In this document: positions 1-10,995 of the stretch, in pieces
How positions within the stretch are numbered: position 1 is the first letter of the stretch
Layout of the letters: every line of letters begins with the position of its first letter
DNA from: an uncultured bacterium
GTDB taxonomy: Bacteria > Oederibacteriota > PGYV01 > CAWJRG01
DNA length: 64,000 nt
Assembly (NCBI GenBank): GCA_963845185.1
Contig: CAWJRG010000010.1
Location: 128,001 to 192,000, forward strand
Direction: 5' to 3'
Position numbers and translations under genes: made by a program
The notes under the pieces: generated by a model
What the model saw: the letters and a program-made list of their open reading frames with translations, nothing else
What the model was told of the DNA's origin: nothing
The model's database searches: none

Positions 1-485
1 AAAATTCTTGATATTTCAGTGTTCCCCAATACAAGGACCCGCTGTACTATTATTTCCTTTTTTCTCAGTGTTTTGAACAATGCCCTGTATGAAAGCCTCC
101 ATATTCCCATTATGATAACTCCAAGCACCCACAGGTAAGCAATCACTATGCGCGAATATGAAAATTTTCTTACCATAAAAGTGGAAGACATAAGGATTAT
201 CACGCTTGCGGTTACGGCTGAAAACACCCCAAAAAACTCGTCAAGCCTTGATGCGCCCCTGTCCTGCCTGTAAAGACCGGCATAATTAAAAGCAAGCAGG
301 TAAACAAGGACAATAACAGGCAATGGATAAATGTAATATTTTAAAAGCGGTATTCCCTGCGTTACCGGTATCATTTTTGCGTAAAATCTCAGGTAATAGG
401 CAAGCAGGATGACCCCCGCAATCAATATTATATCGCCCATGATAAGCGCAGCTCTCAGAATTCTTTGCAAATTTTTTTTATCCAT
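1..485 (-). CDS. Sugar transferase of the undecaprenyl-phosphate glucose phosphotransferase (WcaJ/WbaP) family, N-terminal part (runs off window)
   Basis: Manual translation from ATG at 485: MDKKNLQRILRAALIMGDIILIA...AGLYR...FSYSRIV...QRVLVLG. Four TM helices followed by the start of a Rossmann-like domain; lies downstream of glycosyltransferases. Confidence 0.75.
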   Translation of the reverse strand, partial: MDKKNLQRILRAALIMGDIILIAGVILLAYYLRFYAKMIPVTQGIPLLKYYIYPLPVIVLVYLLAFNYAGLYRQDRGASRLDEFFGVFSAVTASVIILMSSTFMVRKFSYSRIVIAYLWVLGVIIMGIWRLSYRALFKTLRKKEIIVQRVLVLGNTEISRI

Positions 486-496
486 TATTCCCTTTT

Positions 497-1603
497 TTAT
501 CTGTTATTGACTTTATGCTCTGCCAGGAATTCCTTTACTTTATTTTTAAAATTTTCTTTTGAAAATTTTGCCGCATTATCAATCATATCTTTTAAATCAT
601 AACTCTTATTCTTGATTTTCTCAAGTTTTTTAATAAAACCTTCTTCCGTACCGTCAAAAAATTCTCCTGTAATACCCTCTTTAACAATTTCAAGCGCGCC
701 GCCTGCAAAAAATGCAAGAACCGGCGTTCCGCATGCCTGCGCTTCTACCATGGTTATCCCAAAGTCTTCCTCTCCGGGGAATATAAACGCCTTCGCGCGC
801 CTGTAATAATCCCTTATTTCCTCATCAGTTTTATAACCTGCCATTTCAATATTGCCGTATTTTATCAACTTCTTCAATTTTTTAAGCATCGGGCCTGTTC
901 CCGCTATTATAAGTTTTTCGTTCTGTAATTTATTGAAAAGGTTGATTGCAAAATCAACTTTTTTATACTCAGTTAGCGCGCTTACCATTAAAAAAAAATT
1001 TTCCTTTTTTGCCTGAGGGCTGCCGGGATTGTAAAAATCCGTGTCAACCGGCGGGTATATAACCTGGGCATCCCTGCCGTAGTGTTTTTTAATCCTTTCT
1101 TTGACATTTTCAGAGTTAGCTATAAAATAATTCACCCGGCCTGACGATTCGATATCCCATGTTCTTAAATAGGGCATAATCTTTGAGATTAAAAAAAATT
1201 TTATCCTGCCGCTTTTTCCCGGGGAAAAATACTGGTCGAACTGCTCCCATGCATATCTCATAGGCGTATGACAGTAGCAGGCATGAAAAGCGCCTTTAGC
1301 CGGTATTGCGCCCTTTGCAACGCAGTGGCTTGAAGATATTATAAAGTCGTATGTTTTTAAATTAAACCTTTCAACTGCAAAAGGAAAAACCGGCAGTAAA
1401 TTCCTGTAATATTTATAAATACCTGGAAACCTTTGCAAAAAGGAAGTCCTTATTTTGTGGGATTTTATTATTTCCGATATTTTTTTGCTGTCACAAATCA
1501 GTGTGTAAATATCCGCTTCGGGGAACATACCGCATAGGGCCTCAAGCACCTTTTCGCCGCCCCTCATTCCTGTGAGCCAGTCGTGTATTATCGCTGTTTT
1601 CAA
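497..1603 (-). CDS. Glycosyltransferase family 4 (GT-B)
   Basis: HDWLTGMRGGEKV N-terminus and EDFGITMVEAQACGTPV (EX7E) motif. Confidence 0.92.
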   Translation of the reverse strand: MKTAIIHDWLTGMRGGEKVLEALCGMFPEADIYTLICDSKKISEIIKSHKIRTSFLQRFPGIYKYYRNLLPVFPFAVERFNLKTYDFIISSSHCVAKGAIPAKGAFHACYCHTPMRYAWEQFDQYFSPGKSGRIKFFLISKIMPYLRTWDIESSGRVNYFIANSENVKERIKKHYGRDAQVIYPPVDTDFYNPGSPQAKKENFFLMVSALTEYKKVDFAINLFNKLQNEKLIIAGTGPMLKKLKKLIKYGNIEMAGYKTDEEIRDYYRRAKAFIFPGEEDFGITMVEAQACGTPVLAFFAGGALEIVKEGITGEFFDGTEEGFIKKLEKIKNKSYDLKDMIDNAAKFSKENFKNKVKEFLAEHKVNNR

Positions 1604-2685
1604 CTTTTACCGCCTTTTTCGAGTATCTCGTCAATTACAGCGTTGACTTCCTCCGGCGTTATTTGCTTCATGCAGATATTGTTTTTGCATTTTAAAAATT
1701 TCCTGTAATGCACGGTGCCCGGCTCGTAGCACGGCGAACAGTCAATCGCCTTAAAAATATTATAAACGTTCTTCCCTTTTGCCCCGAATATTTCCGGCGA
1801 TGACGGCCCAAAAATACCTATTGTCCTTATTCCCATCGCTGACACTATGTGCACCGGGCCTGTATCGCCTCCTACAAAAACGTCCATAAGCGACGCGTAA
1901 TGCATAAATTCCTTTATTGGCGTTATTATAAATTTTGCATTGGGCTTTGCTTTTTTTATCTGTTCTGTTACGTCGCCGTCTGTTTCCCCGCCGAAAATAT
2001 ATACGTCGTTTCCTTTTTTCTCGAGTATGTCTGCAAGCCTGATGAAATTTTCCACAGGCCATCTTTTTGTAGGCATCACGGTTCCCGGGTTTTTCCCGCC
2101 TCCCGGAAAAACGCCAATTTTTATCCTCTTTCCTTCAATCGTGTATTTTTCATCTCCAGCATCCGGCCTTTCGATATATGTGTAATCATCCGCTATCTTG
2201 AAACCCAGCTTGTCAATTATGCTCAGGTAACGCTCAACCTCGTGTATCTTCGGGTCATATTCAAACTTGCTTGTTAAAAAAATCCCCTCGCCTTTCCAGT
2301 TAAAGCCTGCCCTGTACCTGGCTCCGGCGAATAATATGAAAAGGTTTGATATCAGGTCTCTGTGAAAATTTATTATCAGGTCGTATTTTTCAGCCCTTAA
2401 CTCCGACAATACCTTTAAAACTCCTCCTATGTCCCTGAAATCGATGATATATTTTTTCTTTATGTACGGTATTGCGTCGACTACATCCTTCACCCAGGGG
2501 TTGCATAAAAAATGCACTTCCTTGCCTTCGTTGTATAATGCCCTTAATGAAGGCGTTATTTGTATTATGTCGCCCATGCAGCATAGTTTTACCACAAGCA
2601 CTTTCTTGATGTTTTCCCTGGTAAAAAATGCTTGCTTTACAAAATCTATCCTGTTTAAAAATTTCACAAAAAAATCTTTGAGCAT
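1600..2685 (-). CDS. Glycosyltransferase family 9 (LPS heptosyltransferase-like)
   Basis: MGD, KRWP and DTGPVH motifs and C-terminal CxPC. Likely ATG at 2685 overlaps the upstream stop (TAATG). Confidence 0.88.
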   Translation of the reverse strand: MLKDFFVKFLNRIDFVKQAFFTRENIKKVLVVKLCCMGDIIQITPSLRALYNEGKEVHFLCNPWVKDVVDAIPYIKKKYIIDFRDIGGVLKVLSELRAEKYDLIINFHRDLISNLFILFAGARYRAGFNWKGEGIFLTSKFEYDPKIHEVERYLSIIDKLGFKIADDYTYIERPDAGDEKYTIEGKRIKIGVFPGGGKNPGTVMPTKRWPVENFIRLADILEKKGNDVYIFGGETDGDVTEQIKKAKPNAKFIITPIKEFMHYASLMDVFVGGDTGPVHIVSAMGIRTIGIFGPSSPEIFGAKGKNVYNIFKAIDCSPCYEPGTVHYRKFLKCKNNICMKQITPEEVNAVIDEILEKGGKS

Positions 2686-3821
2686 TAAAACCACCTTTTT
2701 AATTTGTCGTACACTTCCTCAACCGTGATAATATCCATGCATACATGGCTTTTTTGGTTGCAATCCGGGAGCTCGCACGGCCCGCAATCTGTTTCCCTGC
2801 TTAACGCTATAAAATTTTCCTTTTTTACTTTTGGCTCCCATCTTTTGTAATTCAGGGTATTTCCGTATATTACCAGGCACTTGACTCCCGAATAAGCCGC
2901 AAAATGCTGTATTGACGAATCATTTCCTAGAAAAATATCCGTTTTTTTAATGAGTGCCAGCAATTCGCCGAACCCCATTCCTATGATGCTTATTATATTT
3001 TCGCCGAAAATAAATTGATCCTCATATTTTTTTTCCGCCTCGCTGCCGGTAACAAAAATCTTTGTGTTTTCATGTTCTACCGCTATCAGCTGGATTAATT
3101 CGCTGTACCTGGATAAAGGCCACATTTTTGCTTTTGAACCTGCAAATGGGTGGACTAGTATTATTTTATCACAGCCTGCAGATTTTTGCCGCAGGAACTC
3201 ATCGATACTCTTTTTATTTTCTTCCGTAACGAAAAAATCGAATTTTAAATCTTCGGTGGTCGGTGGCTCGCCGATTAATTTTAAATTTTTATCTATCTCG
3301 TGTTCTTCCCTGTCGTAATCCTTTTTGTAGTCGAGCAAAAATCCTCCGCCCGCGCAGCCGTAACCGCATATTTTTTTTGCGCCCGACAAAAACAGGAAAA
3401 ATATATTCCTTATATCTCCCCTTAACTCAAAAGCAAGGTCTATTTTTTCATTTTTTAATTCCCTGATTGCTCCAAGAACTTCCGGAATTTTTATTTTTTT
3501 GCCTTTATAAAACCAGCTTGATTCAAGGCTGAAAACCTTTTTAACATACGGGTTATTTTCGAGCAGGAACCTTGAAGCCTTTGCCGTAAGCGCGCATATT
3601 TCGGTTCCGGGGTATTTTTTTGCGAGTTTTTCAAAAAAAGGCAGTGTTTGTATCACATCGCCCATCTGGTCAATCCTCATTACAAGAATTTTCTTTATTG
3701 TATTTTCATTGGAGAATAATCTTCGGAAGAGTTTCAGCGGCGCGAATATAATGTAACCCATAATATCTATCAGCCGCATAAGAATTCTTTTATATCTTTT
3801 CTTAAAAACGTATCTGCCCAT
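2685..3821 (-). CDS. Glycosyltransferase family 9 (LPS heptosyltransferase-like)
   Basis: RIDQMGDV, HPFAGSKAKMWP, NDSSIQH and CGPC motifs. Confidence 0.88.
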   Translation of the reverse strand: MGRYVFKKRYKRILMRLIDIMGYIIFAPLKLFRRLFSNENTIKKILVMRIDQMGDVIQTLPFFEKLAKKYPGTEICALTAKASRFLLENNPYVKKVFSLESSWFYKGKKIKIPEVLGAIRELKNEKIDLAFELRGDIRNIFFLFLSGAKKICGYGCAGGGFLLDYKKDYDREEHEIDKNLKLIGEPPTTEDLKFDFFVTEENKKSIDEFLRQKSAGCDKIILVHPFAGSKAKMWPLSRYSELIQLIAVEHENTKIFVTGSEAEKKYEDQFIFGENIISIIGMGFGELLALIKKTDIFLGNDSSIQHFAAYSGVKCLVIYGNTLNYKRWEPKVKKENFIALSRETDCGPCELPDCNQKSHVCMDIITVEEVYDKLKRWF

Positions 3822-6205
3822 TTATTTTTTCTTTGCTTTACCCATGTTTATTCCCAGCGCTATCTTTACGACCTCATCCATGTCCTTGACAAAGTAAAAT
3901 TTGATGTCTTTCTTCACATAATCAGGCAGCTCGTCAAAATCTTTTTTGTTGTAATAAGGGATTATTATTTCTTTTATGCCGTTCCTGTGCGCAGCAAGAG
4001 TTTTTTCCTTTAAGCCTCCTATGGGCAGTACCCTGCCGCGCAGCGTGATTTCCCCGGTCATCGCAAGGCTCTTCTTTACTGGCCTGCCGCTGAATGCTGA
4101 AATTATGGCCGTAGCAATGGTGATCCCGGCTGACGGCCCGTCTTTTGGTATGGCGCCCTCAGGCACATGAATATGTATGTCGGTTTTTGCGAATTCGTCT
4201 TCCTTAATTCCGAGCCTTCTCGCCTTGGCACGCGTGTAACTTAAGGCGGCCTGCGCCGATTCTTTCATTACATCCCCGAGTTTGCCGGTCAACAGCAACT
4301 GTCCCTTGCCCTTAACTATGCTGACCTCGATTATCAGCACATCCCCGCCGAATTCGGTCCATGCAATGCCTGTCGTTATCCCTATGTCATTGACGTCCTT
4401 TGTCGGCATATCGAGGAATTTTGGCGCCCCCAGGTAAAAAGAAACATTGTCTTTATTAATGGCTTTCTTTGTGAATTTGCTGTTTTCCCTGACTTTTTCT
4501 TTTGCTATTTTCCTGCATATTGTTTTTATCTCGCGTTCCAGGCCCCTGACCCCTGCTTCCCTTGTATAATTCTGGACAATAATCATGAGCGCGTTATCGT
4601 CAAATAATACGTCCTTTTCCGTTAGGCCGTGAAATTTTGTCTGCTTGGGTATTATGAATTTTTCCGCAATTTTTATTTTTTCCAGTTCTGTATAGCTGTT
4701 GATCTCTATTATCTCCATCCTGTCCTGAAGCGGCAGGGGTATGCCGTAAAGGGTATTTGCCGTTGTTATAAACATGACGTCAGAAAGGTCAAATTCAACG
4801 TCAAGATAATGGTCCATAAACGTGTTGTTTTGCTCGGGTCCAGGACTTCAAGCAGGGCAGCCGCAGGGTCGCCCCTGAAATCCGCTGCCATTTTGTCGAC
4901 CTCGTCCATTAAAAATACCGGATTTTTTGTTTTTGCCTTTCTTATTGACTGTATTATCCTGCCCGGAAGCGCGCCTATATATGTCCGCCTGTGCCCCCTT
5001 ATTTCAGCCTCGTCCCTGACCCCGCCCAGCGACAGCCGGACGAAATTCCTGCCCAATGCCCTCGCGATTGATTTTGCAAGCGAAGTTTTGCCTACACCGG
5101 GCGGACCGACAAAACAGATTATCGGCACCTGCATTTTTTCTTTTACGAGTTTTTTTACAGCCAGGTATTCCAGTATCCTCTCCTTGACTTTGTCAAGCCC
5201 GTAATGGTCTTCTTCAAGTACTTCTTTGACTTTATCTATGTCTATTTTGTCTTTTGTTTTTTTGTCCCACGGAATGTCTATGAGCCAATCCAGGTATGTC
5301 CTGATTACCGTTGCTTCGGCGGACATCGGCATCATTTTTTCCATCCTGGAAAGCTCTTCCAGGGCTTTTTCCTCGGCTTCTTTCGACATATGCGCGGCTT
5401 TTATTTTTTTCTTTAAATCCGCCATTTCGTTATAGGAACTGTCAGCTTTCCCAAGCTCCTTCTGTATCGCTTTTAACTGCTCCGAGAGGTAATATTCTTT
5501 TTGCGACTTTTCAAGCTGGCCCTGCACCTTGCCCTGTATTGATTTTTCTATTTCAAGTATTTCATTTTCCCTCTGCAGGATTGCCGAAAGTTTTTGCAGC
5601 CTGAATTTCACGGATGTCATGGTTAAAAGTTCCTGCTTTTCCTCGTGCTTTAAAGGTATCTGTGCCGCTATTATATCCGCCACCCTGCCCGGCTGGTCTA
5701 TCTCTACAACAGACATCATGGTTTCAGGCGGTATCCTTTTGTTTAAATTGATGTACTTTTCAAATTCATCGAGCACAAACCTGCGCATGGCCTCGATTTC
5801 CTTGTCTTTTTCTTCAGTCTCTGTGACTTCTTCCACCAAAACTTCAAAATAAGGGTCTTCCTGTGTGTACTCATTTATTTTTACCCTGGTTAACCCTTCA
5901 ACAAGAATCCTTATTGCGCCGTCCGGCAGTTTCAATATCTGGAGTATTTCGGACAACGTGCCCATTTCGTAAATTTCATCTTTCGCAGGCTCATCAATCT
6001 TTGAGTTTTTCTGCGCGACTAAAAATATAATCCTGTCTTTGCCCATGGCCGCTTCAAGTGATTTTATGGATTTTTCCCTGCCGACAAACAAAGGTATTAC
6101 CATGTTCGGGAAAACAACAAGGTCCCTCAGCGGTAAAAGAGGTATCCTGTAACTTTTAGGCGGCTTCTCTGGCTGCTGGTCTGTTTTTATTGTTTCATCT
6201 GCCAT
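3822..6205 (-). CDS. lon: ATP-dependent Lon protease, split by a 1-nt frameshift near 4836 (probably a sequencing error)
   Basis: LON N-domain ([10 protein letters not shown]), Walker [10 protein letters not shown] and protease motif PKDGPSAG. The conserved [13 protein letters not shown] is restored by adding one base in the run at 4836-4838. Confidence 0.95.
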
Positions 6206-6217
6206 AATGGGTAACCC

Positions 6218-7426
6218 TCATGCTGTTTTATTTTTGATTATTGCTTCCATTTTGTCTTTCGTGCCTTTGACGATTTCCTCGTCGATAATGACCTCGTTTA
6301 TGTCCTTGCTGGACGGTATTTCGTACATAATATCGAGCATAATCGCCTCGATTATCGCCCTCAGGCCTCTTGCGCCGACTCCTTTTTCAATGGCAGCGCC
6401 TGCCACTGCCTTTTTCGCATTATCGGTAAATACCAGTTTCACGCCCTCGAGGTCGAGTATCTTTTTATACTGCTTGAGTATTGAATTTTTAGGCTTGTCC
6501 AGTATGTTTATCAGGTCGTTTTCCGTAAGCTCGGAAAGCGCCGTCACAATAGGCAACCTGCCGATAAACTCCGGTATCATGCCGTATTTTATCAGGTCCA
6601 CAGGCAGCGTCTCTGCGAGTATCTCATATTTTTCCGATTCTCTTTTTTCGTCTTCGTTTTTGTACCCGTAAACTTTTTTCCGTATACGCTTCGCCACTAT
6701 CTTGTCGAGTCCGACAAAAGCGCCCCCGGTAATAAACAGGATATTTTTTGTGTTTATCTTAATATATTCCTGGTACGGATGTTTCCTTCCGCCCTTTGGC
6801 GGCACATTTGCCGTTGTACCCTCGATAATTTTCAGAAGCGCCTGCTGCACCCCTTCGCCCGAAACATCCCTTGTTATTGACACATTCTCGCCTTTTTTTG
6901 CTATCTTGTCTATCTCGTCTATGTAAACAATGCCCCTCTCTGCCCTGGCCACGTCAAAATTGCAGTTTTCAAGCAGCCTCAGCAGGATATTCTCCACATC
7001 CTCGCCAACATATCCGGCTTCGGTCAGAGTGGTGGCGTCTGATATCGCGAAAGGCACGCGCAGGATCCGCGCCAGCGTCTCAGCCAGCAAAGTCTTGCCT
7101 GACCCGGTCGGCCCCACGAGAAGTATGTTGCTTTTCTGAAGCTCGACATCGTCGGCCCTTGGGTTGAGTATTCTTTTATAGTGGTTGTAGACTGCTACGG
7201 AAAGTACTTTTTTTGCTTTTTCCTGTGATATCACGTACTCGTCTAGTATCTTCTTAATCTCTTTCGGCGGAGGCAGGTCCTTTAAATCATTACCAGCGAA
7301 CTGTGCGTCCGCCTGCGTCATTTTATAAAAAGCATCTATGCATTCATCGCATATGGCGGCATTGTCGCCTATTATAAGCCTTCCTATTTCTTTCTCTTTT
7401 TTGCCGCAAAAATGGCATTTGTTCAT
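6218..7426 (-). CDS. clpX: ATP-dependent Clp protease ATP-binding subunit ClpX
   Basis: C4 zinc finger, [29 protein letters not shown] and RKH motifs; downstream of clpP. Confidence 0.97.
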   Translation of the reverse strand: MNKCHFCGKKEKEIGRLIIGDNAAICDECIDAFYKMTQADAQFAGNDLKDLPPPKEIKKILDEYVISQEKAKKVLSVAVYNHYKRILNPRADDVELQKSNILLVGPTGSGKTLLAETLARILRVPFAISDATTLTEAGYVGEDVENILLRLLENCNFDVARAERGIVYIDEIDKIAKKGENVSITRDVSGEGVQQALLKIIEGTTANVPPKGGRKHPYQEYIKINTKNILFITGGAFVGLDKIVAKRIRKKVYGYKNEDEKRESEKYEILAETLPVDLIKYGMIPEFIGRLPIVTALSELTENDLINILDKPKNSILKQYKKILDLEGVKLVFTDNAKKAVAGAAIEKGVGARGLRAIIEAIMLDIMYEIPSSKDINEVIIDEEIVKGTKDKMEAIIKNKTA

Positions 7427-7496
7427 ATTTCCTCCTCAAAATCCGATATGTAAAAAATGACAAGTTTATATATTATGATAAGAGCCTTCTAGTGAA

Positions 7497-8090
7497 TTAC
7501 TTTATTTCCTTCTTGCTCTCAATAACTTCATCAACTATGCCGTATACTTTGGCTTCTTCGGCGCTCATATAATAATCCCTGTCCGTGTCTTTTTCTATTT
7601 TTTTTAAGGTCTGCCCTGTATGTTTTGACAGTATCTTATTCAGCTGTTCCCGAAGTTTTACTATTTCTTTCGCGTGTATGTCAATATCGGAAGCCTGACC
7701 CTGCACTCCTCCCATGGGCTGGTGAATCAGGATTCTGGAATTAGGCAGCGCAAATCTTCTCCCCTTTGTTCCCGCAGCCATCAGAAGGGCGGCCATGCTC
7801 GCGGCCTGGCCCACGCATATCGTGCTGACCGGTGCCTTTATGTACTGAATGGTGTCATAGATAGCCATGCCTGCCGTAACCATTCCGCCCGGGCTGTTTA
7901 TATAAATTGCTATTTCTTTTTTTGAATCCTCGCCTTCCAAAAATAAAAGCTGCGCTATCGCGACATTGGCTACGTCATCGTCAATGGTCTCGCCTATAAA
8001 AACTATGCGTTCCTTAAGCAGGCGCGAATATATGTCATAAGACCTCTCGCCCCTGTCGCTTTGCTCAACAACAAAAGGAATCAGACTCAT
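7497..8090 (-). CDS. clpP: Clp protease proteolytic subunit
   Basis: [24 protein letters not shown] and IHQP motifs. Confidence 0.98.
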   Translation of the reverse strand: MSLIPFVVEQSDRGERSYDIYSRLLKERIVFIGETIDDDVANVAIAQLLFLEGEDSKKEIAIYINSPGGMVTAGMAIYDTIQYIKAPVSTICVGQAASMAALLMAAGTKGRRFALPNSRILIHQPMGGVQGQASDIDIHAKEIVKLREQLNKILSKHTGQTLKKIEKDTDRDYYMSAEEAKVYGIVDEVIESKKEIK

Positions 8091-8112
8091 TAATACACCT
8101 CCGTATTTGTTT

Positions 8113-9390
8113 TTAACCGCTTATTTCAATCATCCTGTCTATTACCCTGTCTTCCTGCAGTTTTGCCTTCAATGCTTCCCAGTCGCCTTTTGCTTTTGCC
8201 TGTTTTATCATTGCATCAGTGTCCTGCCCGTTTTCCGTGGCTATCCTTTTGATTTCGTTCTCTACATCCTCATCCTTGATGTTTATGTTTTCTTTCTCAG
8301 CTATTTTCCTTAATATGTATATCAGCCTTATATTGTCTTCGGCCTGTTTTCTACTTGTTTTCCTTAACTCATCCAGTTTCATGCCTGCTTTTTCAATGGT
8401 TAAACCCTGCTGTTTTAAATATTCCTCATACCTGTATACTATGTTTTGAATTTCCTGTTCCACAAGTCCATCGGGTATTTCAAAATTATTTGCCTCAAGA
8501 AGCTTTTTGGTTATCTGTCCGACTGTAAAATCCTTGGCTTCTTCCGCGGCCTGTTTTGCCAGAGCCTGCTTTACCGTATTTTTAAACTCTTCGACTGTGC
8601 TGTATTTGCCGATGCTTTTTACAAATTCGTCGTTTAATTCCGGTAAATCAAGGATTTTTATATTTTTTACCTTAACTTTAAAAAGAGCTTTTTTGCCCGC
8701 AAATTTTTTATTCTGGTAATCTGGGGGGAATGCTATATCAATATCCTTTTCCTGCCCGAGTTTCATGCCTTTAATTTTTTCCTCTAAGTCGCCAACGGAA
8801 GTTTTTGACCCTATGCGTATAATCTGGTTGTCGGCCGCCAGCTCCGGCTGCGCCGAATTATCCACAAACCCAACAAGGCTGACTCCTACATAATCACCGT
8901 CTTTTACTTCATCCCTGTCCGCGTCTTTCAGGGTACCCCTGTACTGCCTTATCTTGTTGATTTCCCTGTCAATATCTGCGTCTTTTACTTCAACAGCCTT
9001 TTTACCCTTTATTTTAAAATTTTTATAATCGCCGATTTCAAACTCGGGGTTAATTTCTAAAATTATTTTATAACTGATGCTGTTTTCCCTGCTGTCTTCA
9101 TATTTTACGTCCCGCAGTGCCGGATAAGTAACTGCGTGCAGGTCCAGTTCTTTTATAACCTGCGAATATGTTGACGGTACGACTTCCTTCAGGACATCTT
9201 CCTTAATTGCTTCCTTAAATTGTGTCTTTATTACATCGCCCGGGACTTTGCCTTTTCTGAAACCGTCAATTCTTGCGTTGTTTTTATATTTTTCAAATAC
9301 TTTATCCTCGGCTTCTTTCACTTCTTTTTCTTCGACTATAACGCTTATAACTTTTTTGCAGTTCTTTTCGTCCTTTACTTCGTATTTCAT
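8113..9390 (-). CDS. tig: Trigger factor
   Basis: GFRKGKVP ribosome-binding signature, FKBP-like middle domain, tig-clpP-clpX-lon order. Confidence 0.96.
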   Translation of the reverse strand: MKYEVKDEKNCKKVISVIVEEKEVKEAEDKVFEKYKNNARIDGFRKGKVPGDVIKTQFKEAIKEDVLKEVVPSTYSQVIKELDLHAVTYPALRDVKYEDSRENSISYKIILEINPEFEIGDYKNFKIKGKKAVEVKDADIDREINKIRQYRGTLKDADRDEVKDGDYVGVSLVGFVDNSAQPELAADNQIIRIGSKTSVGDLEEKIKGMKLGQEKDIDIAFPPDYQNKKFAGKKALFKVKVKNIKILDLPELNDEFVKSIGKYSTVEEFKNTVKQALAKQAAEEAKDFTVGQITKKLLEANNFEIPDGLVEQEIQNIVYRYEEYLKQQGLTIEKAGMKLDELRKTSRKQAEDNIRLIYILRKIAEKENINIKDEDVENEIKRIATENGQDTDAMIKQAKAKGDWEALKAKLQEDRVIDRMIEISG

Positions 9391-9437
9391 TTGTATTCTC
9401 CTGTTTTTCCCGGTTTCCGGTTCACTTTTATTCGGTT

Positions 9438-9513
9438 TGGCGCGCCTGGAGGGAATCGAACCCCCGGCCCGCAGATTCGAAGTCTGACGCTCTATCCACT
9501 GAGCTACAGGCGC
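9438..9513 (-). tRNA. tRNA-Arg (anticodon TCG)
   Basis: Reverse complement GCGCCTGTAGCTCAGTGGATAGAGC...CTTCGAA...GGTTCGATTCC...GCGCGCCA; cloverleaf with encoded CCA. Confidence 0.93.
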
Positions 9514-9540
9514 TTTTTATGTCCCGCCATATAATATCTT

Positions 9541-9625
9541 TGGTGCGAGGAGAGGGACTTGAACCCCCACCCCTTACGGGACCAGATCCTAAGTCTGGCG
9601 TGTCTGCCAATTTCACCATCCTCGC
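9541..9625 (-). tRNA. tRNA-Leu (anticodon TAG)
   Basis: GCGAGGATGGTGAAATTGGCAGAC...CTTAGGA, long variable arm, GGTTCAAGTCC...ACCA. Confidence 0.95.
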
Positions 9626-9726
9626 AAAAAACAAGTCAAATGTTGAATGTTAAAAGTTTAAAGTTAATAACTTGTTTATTGTATTTAATTTTTAACATTA
9701 ACCTTTAAACGCGAAACTTTCAACTG

Positions 9727-10995
9727 CTATTTTATATTCAATTTTACATTATTTTTCGAATATTTCCATACATTTATAACCTTATTTCTTACTTTTTTCC
9801 CTTCGAGGAATTCCGCTATGTTATCTCCTGTTCCCGCATAATTAAGCTGAAAAATTGTTTTCTGGCCGTAAAATTCCTTCTCTGCTAATTCATTTAATCC
9901 AGGTAAATTATTTATATAAGCCTTTATCAGTTCCGTCTCTTCCTTGCCGGTATCTGCCAATTCTACTATAACCGCCCTGCCGCTGCCCGTAATATTATCG
10001 CGGAAAAAACTTATGTTTTGTATTGAGCTTTCAGCCGCCTTCATCAAGACTGCCTGAATGCTTTTTATAAGGAATTTGTTTTCTACCGAATTTAAAATAT
10101 TTTCAGAAAAATCCATTACGCCGATATTTTTGCCCGACGCCGATTCAACCACCGTGCCGCTCAATTGTATTTTACCTTCCTTGTCCGGATTTGTTTCCTT
10201 TAAAATTTGTAAATCTGCGCTTACAATTACATCGTAATCACCCATGCTTGCCGCGTCTTTTGTGCTGAAAACGGCTTTGCCTACGGAATAATCCATGGAA
10301 TACATGTTTTTAAAAACGCTTTGCGCCAAATCCTTGTACTCGTCAGGGGTTTTCAAATCAATCAGCACATTTAATTTGTCGCTGTTTATATTCGAACTGT
10401 CCCATCCCGCCGGAGGTTGTTTTTGATTTATTTTTTGTTTTTTGCCCCCGCCAAACATATTGCCCTGAAAAATTTCAATTTTATTTCCGTCTTTAATTAC
10501 CTGCGCCATGCCCTTATAAGTTTCCAGTACAGTATCGTTGATGCTGAAAATGCCATTTTTAAAAACTATGTCTCCCTGCCTAGTTTTTACTTTGACATTT
10601 TCGTTTGCTTTCATGGATTTTCCAGTCTCAGCCCAGATCCTGCCTTTTACAAGATTTAAGGTTGTTTCGCTGCCTGTAATTTTTTCCATTTCAATCCTGC
10701 TTGCTTCACCAACCCTTATGTCAATGCCGTTATTAAAAAGTATTGAGCATCCGCTTTTTTTGCCGGTTCTTATATATGTCCCCTGGCAAACCTGAATTCT
10801 CCCGCTGTTGTTTGGCACGGCCTTTTCGCCCAGCGAATACACATTACCTTTTATATAATAAATCCTCGCGCAGTTTGTGTTGGCAACAGAATCATCCGCA
10901 ATAACAGCACTGCCCGATATAAATACGGCGAATAAAATTACCATAAAAATAAATATTGGTTTTCCCGATGGTATTCCCATACATTTACTGCACAT
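9727..10995 (-). CDS. FecR-domain exported protein
   Basis: Hydrophobic N-terminal segment, then FecR-like IRTG..S...I.F.NG..IRVGE.S and LNLVKGRIW; start codon uncertain. Confidence 0.65.
   Translation of the reverse strand: MCSKCMGIPSGKPIFIFMVILFAVFISGSAVIADDSVANTNCARIYYIKGNVYSLGEKAVPNNSGRIQVCQGTYIRTGKKSGCSILFNNGIDIRVGEASRIEMEKITGSETTLNLVKGRIWAETGKSMKANENVKVKTRQGDIVFKNGIFSINDTVLETYKGMAQVIKDGNKIEIFQGNMFGGGKKQKINQKQPPAGWDSSNINSDKLNVLIDLKTPDEYKDLAQSVFKNMYSMDYSVGKAVFSTKDAASMGDYDVIVSADLQILKETNPDKEGKIQLSGTVVESASGKNIGVMDFSENILNSVENKFLIKSIQAVLMKAAESSIQNISFFRDNITGSGRAVIVELADTGKEETELIKAYINNLPGLNELAEKEFYGQKTIFQLNYAGTGDNIAEFLEGKKVRNKVINVWKYSKNNVKLNIK

Noticed and set aside
4825..4845. Programmed frameshift or true pseudogene in lon
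   Set aside because: A single missing base in a short homopolymer within an otherwise intact conserved gene, with no slippery heptamer. A sequencing error is more parsimonious.
9428..9634. 68-aa ORF
   Set aside because: Overlaps two tRNA genes.
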